Assembly (NCBI GenBank): GCA_963664305.2
Contig: CAXXLV010000002.1
Location: 1,664,001 to 1,728,000 of the forward strand
Source: an uncultured Aliarcobacter sp.
Lineage (GTDB): Bacteria; Campylobacterota; Campylobacteria; Campylobacterales; Arcobacteraceae
Length of the DNA stretch: 64,000 nucleotides
Direction of reading: 5' to 3'
The notes under the pieces were generated by a model. That model ran no database searches. It had not been told where the DNA came from and saw only the letters and a list, made by a program, of their open reading frames with translations. Below, one piece after another: positions 21,661 to 31,502 of the stretch. The position numbers were made by a program, and so were the translations under genes. Within the stretch, counting starts at the first letter, position 1. Every line of letters starts with the position of its first letter.

Positions 21661-21728
21661 TAAAGTAAGGGGTGAAGGTCGCAAAAACACCCCTTACTAG
21701 GATTTACTCGTACTTAAAATTAGTAGAC
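21661..21728 (-). ncRNA. Candidate small RNA (~65 nt)
   Basis: Extended -10 TGTTATAAT (21741-21733) with no ORF downstream; GC-rich 11-bp hairpin 21664-21698 with a 13-nt loop at the 3' end. Confidence 0.5.
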
Positions 21729-21749
21729 TCAAATTATAACAATTCATAA

Positions 21750-21770
21750 TAGCAATAAACTAGCAATAAA
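21750..21770. promoter_or_regulatory. Tandem direct repeat TAGCAATAAA x2 (11-bp period), putative regulator site
   Basis: Exact 10-mer at 21750-21759 and 21761-21770, over the -35 zone of the candidate sRNA promoter and upstream of bioF. Confidence 0.5.
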
Positions 21771-21841
21771 AACAAATTTCAAAATTTAACTTTTTCTTAG
21801 TAATAATTGGTTACTATTCAAAAATACTTACGGAGAATTTT

Positions 21842-22948
21842 TTGTACTCAAAAGAACTTGAATCTATTAAAAAGTCTAACCGTTTTAGAACAAGAGATAT
21901 ATTTGATGAAAATCTTATAGACCTTGCATCAAACGATTATTTAGGCCTTTCTACAAATAAAAATCTTTTTCAAAAAGCTTACGAAAATGTTTTAAATCAA
22001 AATTTCCATTCCCCACGTGCTTCAATGTTAGTAAATGGTTATAACCAAATCCATAAAAATTTTGAAGATAAATTGTGTGATGTAAATAAATTTGAAGCTG
22101 GTATCACTGTTGGTTCTGGTTTCTTAGCAAATATCTCAATGATTGAAGCGCTGGTTAGAAAAAATGATACTTTATTTATAGATGAAGAATATCATGCAAG
22201 TGGAATTTTAGCTACAAAACTACTAAAACCTGAACAAGTTATTGTATTTAATCACAATGACTATGAGGATTTAGAAAATAAGATTATAGAAAATAAAAGA
22301 ACAGGTAGAAACATAATAGCAATTGAAGGTGTTTATTCAATGGGTGGAGATATTGCACCAATTGAAATATTTAAAATTGCAGATAAATATAAATCTCTTT
22401 TAATTGTAGATGAAGCTCATAGTTCAGGAGTTATTGGTAAAAATCTTTTAGGTATTTTTGATTATTATGAAATTAAACCAAATAAATATCACATTAAAAT
22501 GGGAACTTTAGGAAAAGCTTATGGTTCTTATGGAGCTTATATCTTAGCTTCAAAAGAAATTATAGATTTTTTAACAAATAGAGCTAAACCTATTATTTAT
22601 TCTACTGCTCCCTCATTATTTGATACAGCCCTTGCACTTGAATCTTTGAATTATATAGTTAATAATAAAAAAGATTTAAAGGAACATATAGAAAAAAATT
22701 TGAATATTATTTATGAAATTTTAAATATTAAATCTCAAAGCTTGATTATTCCAATTGAAATTGGTGATAATAAAAGAGTAAAAGAGATTCAAGAGATATT
22801 AAAACAAAAAGGTTATTTGGTTGGAGCAATTAGACAACCAACAGTAAAAAGTGCAATTATTAGATTAATTGCAAAAATTGATATAGATACAAATAATTTA
22901 ATTAATGTATGTAACTTATTAAAGGATTTAAAAAATGTTGATAAATGA
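21842..22948 (+). CDS. bioF: 8-amino-7-oxononanoate synthase
   Basis: ASNDYLGL, SGFLAN, HAS, EGVYSMGGD, VDEAHS, GTLGKAYG, AIRQPTV; TTG start with GGAG SD. Confidence 0.88.
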   Translation: MYSKELESIKKSNRFRTRDIFDENLIDLASNDYLGLSTNKNLFQKAYENVLNQNFHSPRASMLVNGYNQIHKNFEDKLCDVNKFEAGITVGSGFLANISMIEALVRKNDTLFIDEEYHASGILATKLLKPEQVIVFNHNDYEDLENKIIENKRTGRNIIAIEGVYSMGGDIAPIEIFKIADKYKSLLIVDEAHSSGVIGKNLLGIFDYYEIKPNKYHIKMGTLGKAYGSYGAYILASKEIIDFLTNRAKPIIYSTAPSLFDTALALESLNYIVNNKKDLKEHIEKNLNIIYEILNIKSQSLIIPIEIGDNKRVKEIQEILKQKGYLVGAIRQPTVKSAIIRLIAKIDIDTNNLINVCNLLKDLKNVDK

Positions 22949-23588
22949 TTTAATAAAAGGTAATAAAAAATTTAGAGAAGCTAGTTTTCCAAAGTATGAA
23001 AGTGATTTACAACAATTAGTTGAAACAGGACAAAAACCAGAAATTCTTTTTATTGGTTGTAGTGATAGTAGAGTTACTCCTGATTTAATGCTTGATACAA
23101 AACCTGGTGATATGTTTATTTTAAGAAATGTAGGAAATTTTATTCCACCGTATAATCCAGATAATGATTACCATGGAAGTTCTGCTGTTATTGAATATGC
23201 AGTAAATGTTTTAGGTGTAAAACATATCATCGTTTGTGGTCACTCTCATTGTGGAGCTTGTAAAAGTTTATATCAAGATTTAGGTGATTCTCCTGATTTA
23301 ATAAATATTAGAAAATGGTTAGATTTAGGAAAACGTGCAAAAGAATATACACTTTTAGCAATTCAAGATAAATCAGATATGGAACAACTTTATAGAACAA
23401 CAGAAAAAATCTCTGTAGTTCATCAAATGGAAAACTTACTAACTTTCCCATATATTGAGAAAAAAGTTAAGAATAAAGAGTTACAAATTCATGGTTGGTA
23501 CTATAAAATTGAAAATGGTAGTATCGAGTATTATGATGGTGAAGAGTGTTCATTTAAACCATTAAAAGAGAATGAACATGCAAAGTGA
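22935..23588 (+). CDS. can: Beta-class carbonic anhydrase
   Basis: GCSDSRV and CGHSHCGA zinc ligands. Confidence 0.95.
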   Translation: MLINDLIKGNKKFREASFPKYESDLQQLVETGQKPEILFIGCSDSRVTPDLMLDTKPGDMFILRNVGNFIPPYNPDNDYHGSSAVIEYAVNVLGVKHIIVCGHSHCGACKSLYQDLGDSPDLINIRKWLDLGKRAKEYTLLAIQDKSDMEQLYRTTEKISVVHQMENLLTFPYIEKKVKNKELQIHGWYYKIENGSIEYYDGEECSFKPLKENEHAK

Positions 23589-23895
23589 AATTAGAAGACT
23601 TCCTAAAAAAACTATTTTTATTATAGGGGCAATAATTATTATTGCTCTTATAGGTTTTTTATTTTTAAAGAATTTAAAAGAACAAAAATTAGTAGAAATT
23701 CTTGAATCAATTGGATATAAAAATATAAAAGATGTAACTGTAATTAATAAATTAAGTGTTGAAGATGCAGAAACAAGATATAGAAGTACAGTTTATAAAG
23801 TTATGTTTTTTAATCAAGATTCAAATCAAACTTGTATAGGATTCATTCATAAAGAAAGAGATGAACATTATACAAAAGATTTTGATTGTAAATAA
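23572..23895 (+). CDS. Hypothetical protein with one N-terminal TM helix
   Basis: Hydrophobic stretch then a small domain with two Cys; alternative start at 23578. Confidence 0.7.
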   Translation: MNMQSEIRRLPKKTIFIIGAIIIIALIGFLFLKNLKEQKLVEILESIGYKNIKDVTVINKLSVEDAETRYRSTVYKVMFFNQDSNQTCIGFIHKERDEHYTKDFDCK

Positions 23896-23905
23896 GTAGG
23901 AAAAA

Positions 23906-24967
23906 ATGAGTATTATTGAAAAATTAAAAAGAAATGAAAGATTAGAGTATGAAGATGCAATTAAACTATATGATTTAGATTTATTTACATTGGCTTCATT
24001 TGCAAATAGAATTAGAACAAATAGACATGGTAAAAAAACATATTTTAATATAAACAGACATATTAATCCAACAAATATTTGTAAAGATGTTTGTCAGTTT
24101 TGTGCCTATAGTGCAAGTAGAAAAAATCCACACCAATATACAATGACACATGAAGAGATACTTGATATTGTAAAAAACTCTTCAAAAAACAATATAAAAG
24201 AAGTTCATATAGTTTCAGCTCATAATCCACACACAGGATTACAATGGTATATGGATGTATTTAAAAAGATTAAAGAAAATTTCCCATCAATTCATGTAAA
24301 AGCTTTAACAGCTGCAGAAATTCATTTTTTAAGTACAGAATATAATCTATCATACGAAGAAATTATAAATATGATGATTGAACATGGAATTGACTCTATG
24401 CCTGGTGGTGGAGCTGAAATTTTTGATGAAACAGTTAGAAAAAGAATTTGTGGTGGTAAAGTTACATCTGAACAATGGCTAAATATCCACAAACTTTGGC
24501 ATCAAAAAGGAAGAAAAAGTAATGCAACTATGCTTTTTGGTCATGTAGAAGATAGAAATCATAGAATTGACCATATGTTAAGATTAAGAAAATTACAAGA
24601 CGAAACTGGTGGATTTAATGCATTTATTCCTTTAGTTTATCAAACAGAAAACAATTATCTAAAAGTAAAAGAAGCATTAACTGGACAAGAAATTTTAAAG
24701 ACTTATGCAATTGCTAGAATTTTACTTGATAATATTCCAAATATTAAAGCTTATTGGGCAACTTCAACTGTTAAACTTGCATTAATTGCTCAAGAATTTG
24801 GTGCAAATGATGTTGATGGTACAATTGAGAAAGAAGCAATTCAAAGTGCTGCTGGAGCTTCTAGTGCAAATGGTATTGCTCAAATGGAATTTGTTGATTT
24901 GATAAAAAATTCAGGATTTATTCCTGTAGAGAGAGATTCTATTTATAATGAACTAAAAACTTGGTAA
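23906..24967 (+). CDS. mqnE: Aminofutalosine synthase (radical SAM, futalosine menaquinone pathway)
   Basis: NRHINPTNICKDVCQFCAY, SMPGGGAEIF, NATMLFGH, IKAYW, GANDVDGT. Confidence 0.92.
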   Translation: MSIIEKLKRNERLEYEDAIKLYDLDLFTLASFANRIRTNRHGKKTYFNINRHINPTNICKDVCQFCAYSASRKNPHQYTMTHEEILDIVKNSSKNNIKEVHIVSAHNPHTGLQWYMDVFKKIKENFPSIHVKALTAAEIHFLSTEYNLSYEEIINMMIEHGIDSMPGGGAEIFDETVRKRICGGKVTSEQWLNIHKLWHQKGRKSNATMLFGHVEDRNHRIDHMLRLRKLQDETGGFNAFIPLVYQTENNYLKVKEALTGQEILKTYAIARILLDNIPNIKAYWATSTVKLALIAQEFGANDVDGTIEKEAIQSAAGASSANGIAQMEFVDLIKNSGFIPVERDSIYNELKTW

Positions 24968-24974
24968 AAAGTTT

Positions 24975-26546
24975 TTAGTTTTTTAGCTGATTAAATTCTA
25001 AAGTAAATTCTACTTCTATACCAGCTTCTGTTTTCATCATAATTATTGGATATGTAATATTTATAGAATACAATTCATTATTAATTGTATCAATTAAATT
25101 AAAAAACTCTTTTGGTTCTTTTACTAATATATTAACAACATAAGTAAATTTACTTATATTCTTATTTGAACTTGACGAAAACCTAATAATTGCATTTTCT
25201 GGCATTAAGATTTTTAATTGTTCAGTAACTCTTTCAACAGATATAGTTTCATCTGTAATATACTCTTTTTCAAACTTTTTATAATTTGAATTTATTTCTA
25301 TACTATCTTTTGAAATCACATTTGTATAGAAATCTGTTTTTTTCTCTGGGTCAACTAAATTAAATTGCGAAGCTTTATACAAAGTATCAAGAGAAGGTTT
25401 TAATAAAGCTAAATTTTCTTCCTTTGAAGAAAATACTTTTAGTTCTAAATCATTAGAATTTATTTTCATATATTCAATCATAACACCACTTGGAATTGTG
25501 TTAAATACTGCTTTTATTCTCTGTTCGATTTTATCATTCAAATTTACGTGATTAGGTAATGATGTTAAATTTTCTTCAATTTTTTCACTCTTCTCTATTT
25601 TTTCTGTAGTAAAAAATTTATCAAAATCAATCATAGTATAAATTTTGTATCCACCTAAAGCTAAAACAACTAATAATAAAACTAAATAAAGATATTTGAA
25701 ATCTCTTTTTTTCTTTTTCTTTCTTGGTTTTGTAAAACTTTTTTTAAGATGTTTATCTCTTGATAATTCAAAAATCTCTTCATCAATATTAATTGGATGA
25801 TAATCAACTTTTAACATAAATTCTTGAGCTAATTGTTCTATTTCTTCATTTGTTAGCTGTTTTAAAACATATAAAATTGTAATTTTTTCAACAAATACAC
25901 CATTTTTCTTTGCATAAAAATCATTTAATGTTTTTTGGATTATCTCATGAAATTCTAAATAATAAATTTCATCAAATAATTTTTGACCTTCTAAATCGTC
26001 TTCATAAAAGTGTGTCTTTTTTACTGATTCAAAAGTTGGTAAATCAACTATTTCATTATAAACTACAATACCTGATTGATTTAGTATCAGAATAAATGCT
26101 TTGTTATTATATAAAAGTAAAAGAAGCTCATTTCTACAAACATTCTTTTCTATATGTAAACTTAAAATATGAAATGCTGAATAAATATAATCAATTCCTG
26201 TTTTGACAAAATAGTTTTTAGTTTCAAAAAGAGTTGTTTTTAATACTGCAATATCATATTCATTGTTAAATCTTGCAATTTCACAATCTGTTAATTTTGA
26301 AGATAAAGATTTTGGAACGAGTTTAGTAGTATCACTAATAAGTAATGTAGAAATATATGTAAAATCTGTTTCTTCTTGAGAAGTATTGATTTTTTGTGCA
26401 ATATCTTGAGGTAAAATATCATTATCAATTAAAAAAACAGAATTATTTGTATCAATTATATCTTCATTATTTAACTTTTTATACTCAAGTTTTAATTGTG
26501 TATCGTATTTAATTGCATTGATATATAAAGACTCTTTAGTAAACAT
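24975..26546 (-). CDS. Bitopic membrane protein, probable PilM/PilN/PilO-like fusion
   Basis: About 275-aa cytoplasmic N-domain, basic stretch, single TM, then two tandem alpha/beta domains with PilN- and PilO-like patterns; directly downstream of miaB-lpxJ. Confidence 0.6.
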   Translation of the reverse strand: MFTKESLYINAIKYDTQLKLEYKKLNNEDIIDTNNSVFLIDNDILPQDIAQKINTSQEETDFTYISTLLISDTTKLVPKSLSSKLTDCEIARFNNEYDIAVLKTTLFETKNYFVKTGIDYIYSAFHILSLHIEKNVCRNELLLLLYNNKAFILILNQSGIVVYNEIVDLPTFESVKKTHFYEDDLEGQKLFDEIYYLEFHEIIQKTLNDFYAKKNGVFVEKITILYVLKQLTNEEIEQLAQEFMLKVDYHPINIDEEIFELSRDKHLKKSFTKPRKKKKKRDFKYLYLVLLLVVLALGGYKIYTMIDFDKFFTTEKIEKSEKIEENLTSLPNHVNLNDKIEQRIKAVFNTIPSGVMIEYMKINSNDLELKVFSSKEENLALLKPSLDTLYKASQFNLVDPEKKTDFYTNVISKDSIEINSNYKKFEKEYITDETISVERVTEQLKILMPENAIIRFSSSSNKNISKFTYVVNILVKEPKEFFNLIDTINNELYSINITYPIIMMKTEAGIEVEFTLEFNQLKN

Positions 26547-26567
26547 TTATCCCTACTTACTTTTATT

Positions 26568-27179
26568 TTAAGGCATTGAGTGTATCAACATTTTTTCTTT
26601 GATAAATTCCCTTGCTTGTTCAAATTCCATATTTTTAACATTTATTGGTTCACTAATATAAAAATCTATTCTACCAAAAGGTTTAGGTAAAATAAATTTA
26701 TCCCAAGATTTAAATTGCCAATATTTTGTTGGTATTGTATTAAAACATACAATTTTTGCTTCACTTTTTTGTGCTAACGCAATTACACCATCAGCAACTG
26801 AATATCTAGGTCCTCTTGGACCATCAGGAGTTATAGCTAAGTCATTTCCTTCTTTTAGTTCTTTTAAAGCACTAATTAAAACTTTAGCTGCTCCTTTTGA
26901 TGATGATCCACGAACTGAGCCAATTTTAAAATAAGAAGCTAATTTTGCAATAATCTCTCCATCTTTATTATGGCTAATCATTGCTTTTACATTTCCCTTT
27001 TTTCTAAATGAAAAATAGTTATATATTTGAGATAGTAAATCTCCATGCCACATACAAATTATAATAGGTTTTCCATCATCTTTTGGAAAATGATAAACCT
27101 TTTTATTTGTCAAATAAATAATCCTAACAAACAAATATAACATGTATGGAAGTATATTTAATTTAAAATACTTTTGCAT
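26568..27179 (-). CDS. lpxJ: DUF374 lysophospholipid acyltransferase family (LpxJ-like lipid A acyltransferase)
   Basis: MWHGD, ISHNKDGE, VRGSSSKG, ITPDGPRGP, SWDKFILPKPF; follows miaB. Confidence 0.82.
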   Translation of the reverse strand: MQKYFKLNILPYMLYLFVRIIYLTNKKVYHFPKDDGKPIIICMWHGDLLSQIYNYFSFRKKGNVKAMISHNKDGEIIAKLASYFKIGSVRGSSSKGAAKVLISALKELKEGNDLAITPDGPRGPRYSVADGVIALAQKSEAKIVCFNTIPTKYWQFKSWDKFILPKPFGRIDFYISEPINVKNMEFEQAREFIKEKMLIHSMP

Positions 27180-28489
27180 TACGCTACAACTTCACCCTTT
27201 AGTGTAGTTCTTGTTGCTTCAGTAATTTTTACATTTACAAATTTTCCAAGTAATTCATCACTACCTTTAGCAAAAACTTGTAAATAATTATCTGTGTAAC
27301 CTGAAACTTCACCATTAGGTTTTAAACTTTCAACTAAAACATTTAATGTTGTTCCAACGTGATTTACCATAGATTCTTCTAAATATCTTTTATGAAGTTC
27401 AATTAACTCAATTAATCTAGCACTTCCTATTTCATCTGGAAGTTCTTGTTCTTTTAAATTTAAAGCCTCTGTTCCAGGTCTTGGAGAGTATTTAAAATTA
27501 AAAATTTGATCAAACTTAACTTGATTTACAACATCTAATGTATCTTCAAAATCTTTTTGTGTTTCTCCTGGGAATGCAACAATTATATCTGTTGTAATTC
27601 TTAAATCAGGAATTAATTCTCTCATCTTTGCAGCTCTATTTAAGAACCACTCTTTCGTGTATCCTCTTTTCATTGCTTTTAAAACTTCAGTTGAACCACT
27701 TTGTAAAGGCATATGAATACATTTTGAAATTTTTTCATTTCTTGCAAATTCTTCAATAAAATCATCATCCATATGTAAAGGATGAGGAGAAGTAAATCTA
27801 ATTCTTTTTAAACCTTCAACTTTTGAAATATCTTGTAAAAGTTTAGTAAATGTATATTTTTCTCTTCCATCAGAAAATCTTCTACCATAAGAGTTTACAT
27901 TTTGTCCAAGAAGCATAACTTCAACTGCACCTTGTTCAACTGATTTTTTCACCTGTTCAACAATCATTTCAGGTGGAATAGAAATCTCTTCACCCCTTGT
28001 ACTTGGAACAATACAATATGTACATTTTTTATCACAACCTATAGAGATATTTACACTAGCTCTATATTTGTTTGTTTTAGCTGTTGAAAATTCATATGTT
28101 GATTCATCATTATCAATTGCTACTTCGACTGCGCCTTTTACATCAACAACATCTTTTATTTTTGAGATATTTCTAGCCCCAACAACAAAATCTACATAAG
28201 GTGCTCTTTTGATAATATCATGTCCTAAGTGTGAAGCTGTACAGCCACAAACACCAATTTTTGCACCCTCTTTTTTCTTTTTGTTAAATTGACCTATTTC
28301 AGAAAAAAGTTTAGAAACAGGTTTTTCTCTAACTGAACAAGTATTAATAATAATTAAGTCTGCATCTTCAATTTTGTCAGTTGCAGTATAGCCTTTATGT
28401 TTTTCAAGTTCAGCTTGAATATGCTGGCTATCAGTGTCATTCATTTGACACCCTAATGTTTGTATAAATAATTTTTTGTTTAAACTCAT
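27179..28489 (-). CDS. miaB: tRNA methylthiotransferase MiaB
   Basis: TLGCQMN, NTCSVRE, GCDKKCTYCIVP, RFTSPHP, C-terminal TRAM domain. Confidence 0.97.
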   Translation of the reverse strand: MSLNKKLFIQTLGCQMNDTDSQHIQAELEKHKGYTATDKIEDADLIIINTCSVREKPVSKLFSEIGQFNKKKKEGAKIGVCGCTASHLGHDIIKRAPYVDFVVGARNISKIKDVVDVKGAVEVAIDNDESTYEFSTAKTNKYRASVNISIGCDKKCTYCIVPSTRGEEISIPPEMIVEQVKKSVEQGAVEVMLLGQNVNSYGRRFSDGREKYTFTKLLQDISKVEGLKRIRFTSPHPLHMDDDFIEEFARNEKISKCIHMPLQSGSTEVLKAMKRGYTKEWFLNRAAKMRELIPDLRITTDIIVAFPGETQKDFEDTLDVVNQVKFDQIFNFKYSPRPGTEALNLKEQELPDEIGSARLIELIELHKRYLEESMVNHVGTTLNVLVESLKPNGEVSGYTDNYLQVFAKGSDELLGKFVNVKITEATRTTLKGEVVA

Positions 28490-28512
28490 ATTTTATATAA
28501 CACTAAAAAAGA

Positions 28513-28755
28513 TTAAAGTGCATGAACCTCATACATATATTCATCATCTGCTAAACCATATTTTATTTCTCTAAAGTATACATTGTAACCGTCTGCTTCT
28601 AATGAATCAACTAAAGACATCATATCTTTGTGAGAATTGTCTCTATCGAAATAAAATATTTTTTGACCATCTTTACTTAAATCTTCTTTTATTTTATCTA
28701 ATTGCACTTTTTTTGGTTTTTCGTTTAACTCATTTCTTGCAAATAATAATTCCAT
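28513..28755 (-). CDS. HP0268-family small protein (putative nuclease)
   Basis: MELLFAR, IFYFDRDNSHKD, YFREIKYGL-YMYEVH; located between nusA and miaB. Confidence 0.85.
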   Translation of the reverse strand: MELLFARNELNEKPKKVQLDKIKEDLSKDGQKIFYFDRDNSHKDMMSLVDSLEADGYNVYFREIKYGLADDEYMYEVHAL

Positions 28756-28908
28756 TTATTAAGCCTTTTTTCTTTGTTTATTAGTTGTATATTTTATCTC
28801 AAAATTACTTTAATTTCTATAAAAGGCTATTTTAGATATACTATCCAACTATACTACATTGAAAATCATCCTAATCATTTCAATGTCAACAAATTAAGAG
28901 GTTATTTA

Positions 28909-30093
28909 ATGGATAAAATAATAGATATTTTAGATTCAATCGCATATGAGAAAGGTCTCAAAATTGATGATGTTGAAAATGCACTAAAAGAAGCTTTAAT
29001 TAAAACTGCACAAAAAATGGTAGATGCTACTTTAACTTTTGATGCAAATATTGACAGAGCAAATAAAAGACTTGAACTATTCCAAAAAATTGAAGTAGTT
29101 TCAGAAGATGATGAAAGATTACTTGCTAATGCTGTTAATAAATATGGTGAAGCAATTAATTACGAAAATTTTATCACGTTAGAAGAAGCAAAAGAAATTG
29201 ACCCAGATTTAGAAATTGGTGATTTTATGAATTACGATTTAGAATTTGAAAATATGGGAAGAAATGCTGCGACTATTTTACATAGTAATTTTGAATTTAG
29301 ACTTCAAAGATTTATTGAAGAAAATATCGTAAATAAATATAAAGACAAAATTGGAAAAACTGTTTCAGGAACAGTTACAAGAGTAGATAAACAAGATAAT
29401 ACATTTATTGAAATTGGTGAAGTAAAAGGAATTTTACAAAGAAAAAGTAGAATAAAAGGTGAATCTTTTAAAGTTGGTGATGTTGTAAAAGCCGTTGTAA
29501 AAGGTGTAAATATTGATAAATCAAATGGTTTATTAGTTGATATTTCAAGAACTTCTCCAAAATTTTTAGAAAATCTTTTAACTCTTGAAGTACCTGAATT
29601 AAAAGATAAAAAAATCACTATTGAATCAAGTGCTAGAATTCCAGGAACTAGATCAAAAATCGCACTTTCTACTATAGATCCACAAATTGACCCTATTGGT
29701 GCAGTTGTTGGAGTAAAAGGTGTTAGAATTGGTTCTGTTTCAAAACAACTTCATGGAGAAAATATTGATTGTGTTGAGTTTTCAACAATTCCTGAAATGT
29801 TTATCTCAAGAGCTTTATCACCTGCAATTGTTCATAGTGTAAAAATTGAAAAAGCTCCAAGTCATGGAGAAAAAGGGAAAGCTGTAGTTACAATTCCAAG
29901 TGATCAAAAATCAAAAGCTATTGGAAAAGCAGGTTTAAATATCAGATTAGCATCAATGCTAACAAAATATGATATTGAATTAATTGAGATTAATTCAGCG
30001 GCAACAAATTCTTCTAATGCTGAAACACAAAACAATTCAGCTAATGAAGAAAAAACAACTGATACTGCATCATTAGAAGCACTATTTAAGTAA
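28909..30093 (+). CDS. nusA: Transcription factor NusA
   Basis: S1 and KH domains (LEVPE, ARIPGTRSK, DPIGAVVGVKG, AIGKAGLNIRLAS); start ATG 28909 with GAGG SD. Confidence 0.97.
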   Translation: MDKIIDILDSIAYEKGLKIDDVENALKEALIKTAQKMVDATLTFDANIDRANKRLELFQKIEVVSEDDERLLANAVNKYGEAINYENFITLEEAKEIDPDLEIGDFMNYDLEFENMGRNAATILHSNFEFRLQRFIEENIVNKYKDKIGKTVSGTVTRVDKQDNTFIEIGEVKGILQRKSRIKGESFKVGDVVKAVVKGVNIDKSNGLLVDISRTSPKFLENLLTLEVPELKDKKITIESSARIPGTRSKIALSTIDPQIDPIGAVVGVKGVRIGSVSKQLHGENIDCVEFSTIPEMFISRALSPAIVHSVKIEKAPSHGEKGKAVVTIPSDQKSKAIGKAGLNIRLASMLTKYDIELIEINSAATNSSNAETQNNSANEEKTTDTASLEALFK

Positions 30094-30098
30094 AAAAG

Positions 30099-31502
30099 AT
30101 GAATAAAATACATATTTTTGATTCAGTACTAAAAGAAAAAGTAGAATTTAACCCTATTGTAGAAGGTAAGGTTAAAATCTACGTTTGTGGACCAACTGTT
30201 TATGATGATTCTCATTTAGGACACGCAAGAAGTGCAATTGCTTTTGATTTACTTCATAGGGTTTTAAAAGTAAATAACTATGAAGTTACAATGACAAAAA
30301 ACTTTACTGATATTGATGATAAAATCATCAAAAAAATGTACGAAACTAACAAATCTCTTGATGAGATTACTTCAACTTACATAAATGCTTATAAAGCTGA
30401 TATGAGAGCCTTAAATATTCTAGATAATACAATAGAACCAAAAGCAACAGAAAATCTTGAAATTATGAAAGATATGATATCAAATCTAATTTCAAAAGAT
30501 ATTGCTTATAAAACAAGTGATAGTGTATATTTTGACACATCTAAAGATAATGCTTATGGAACATTATCTCATAAAATAAATGATGAAAACTCTCAAGCAA
30601 GAGTTGAAATAAATGTTGAAAAAAGAAATCCTTCTGATTTTGCCTTATGGAAATTTGAAAAAGCTAATGATGTTAGTTTTGATTCTCCATTTGGAAAAGG
30701 AAGACCTGGATGGCATATTGAATGCTCTGCTATGATTGAAAAACATTTAGCATATAAAGATGGTTCTTATCAAATAGATATTCATGGTGGTGGAGCAGAT
30801 TTACTTTTCCCACATCATGAAAATGAAGCAGCACAAACTAGATGTTCTTCTGGACAAAATTTAGCAAAATATTGGATGCATAATGGTTTTGTAAATATCA
30901 ATGGCGAAAAAATGAGTAAATCTTTAGGTAATTCATTTTTCTTAAAAGATGTTCTTAAATCATATAGTGGAGAAGTGATTAGATTTTATTTAATGTCTAC
31001 ACATTACAGAGCTAATTTTAATTTTAATGAAGAAGATTTACTTTCATCTAAAAAAAGACTTGACAAACTTTATAGAGTTAAAAAAAGAGTTTATGGGATG
31101 GAAGGTTCAACAGTAAATAAAACATTTAAAGAAGCTATTTTAAATGCTTTAAATGATGATATGAATACATCAATTGCCTTATCAGTTATCGATGAAATGA
31201 TAAATTCTTCAAATGATAAACTAGATGCAAATCCAAAAGATAAAAATCTTAAAAAAGAGTTGATTTCAAATATAAATTTTATTGAAGAAATTCTTGGAGT
31301 TGGAGGTAATGATGCTTATTCTTATTTCCAATTTGGGATTGATGAATTAACAAAACAAAAAATAGAAGATTTAATTTTAAAAAGAAATGAAGCTAAAAAA
31401 ATCAAAGATTTTGAGACAGCTGATAAAATCAGAAATGAATTAACTTCTATGGAAATATCTTTAATGGATACAGCTAATGGAACGGTTTGGGAAAAATTAT
31501 AA
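30099..31502 (+). CDS. cysS: Cysteine-tRNA ligase
   Basis: YVCGPTVYD, HLGH, GRPGWHIECS, FPHHENE, KMSKS. Confidence 0.99.
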   Translation: MNKIHIFDSVLKEKVEFNPIVEGKVKIYVCGPTVYDDSHLGHARSAIAFDLLHRVLKVNNYEVTMTKNFTDIDDKIIKKMYETNKSLDEITSTYINAYKADMRALNILDNTIEPKATENLEIMKDMISNLISKDIAYKTSDSVYFDTSKDNAYGTLSHKINDENSQARVEINVEKRNPSDFALWKFEKANDVSFDSPFGKGRPGWHIECSAMIEKHLAYKDGSYQIDIHGGGADLLFPHHENEAAQTRCSSGQNLAKYWMHNGFVNINGEKMSKSLGNSFFLKDVLKSYSGEVIRFYLMSTHYRANFNFNEEDLLSSKKRLDKLYRVKKRVYGMEGSTVNKTFKEAILNALNDDMNTSIALSVIDEMINSSNDKLDANPKDKNLKKELISNINFIEEILGVGGNDAYSYFQFGIDELTKQKIEDLILKRNEAKKIKDFETADKIRNELTSMEISLMDTANGTVWEKL

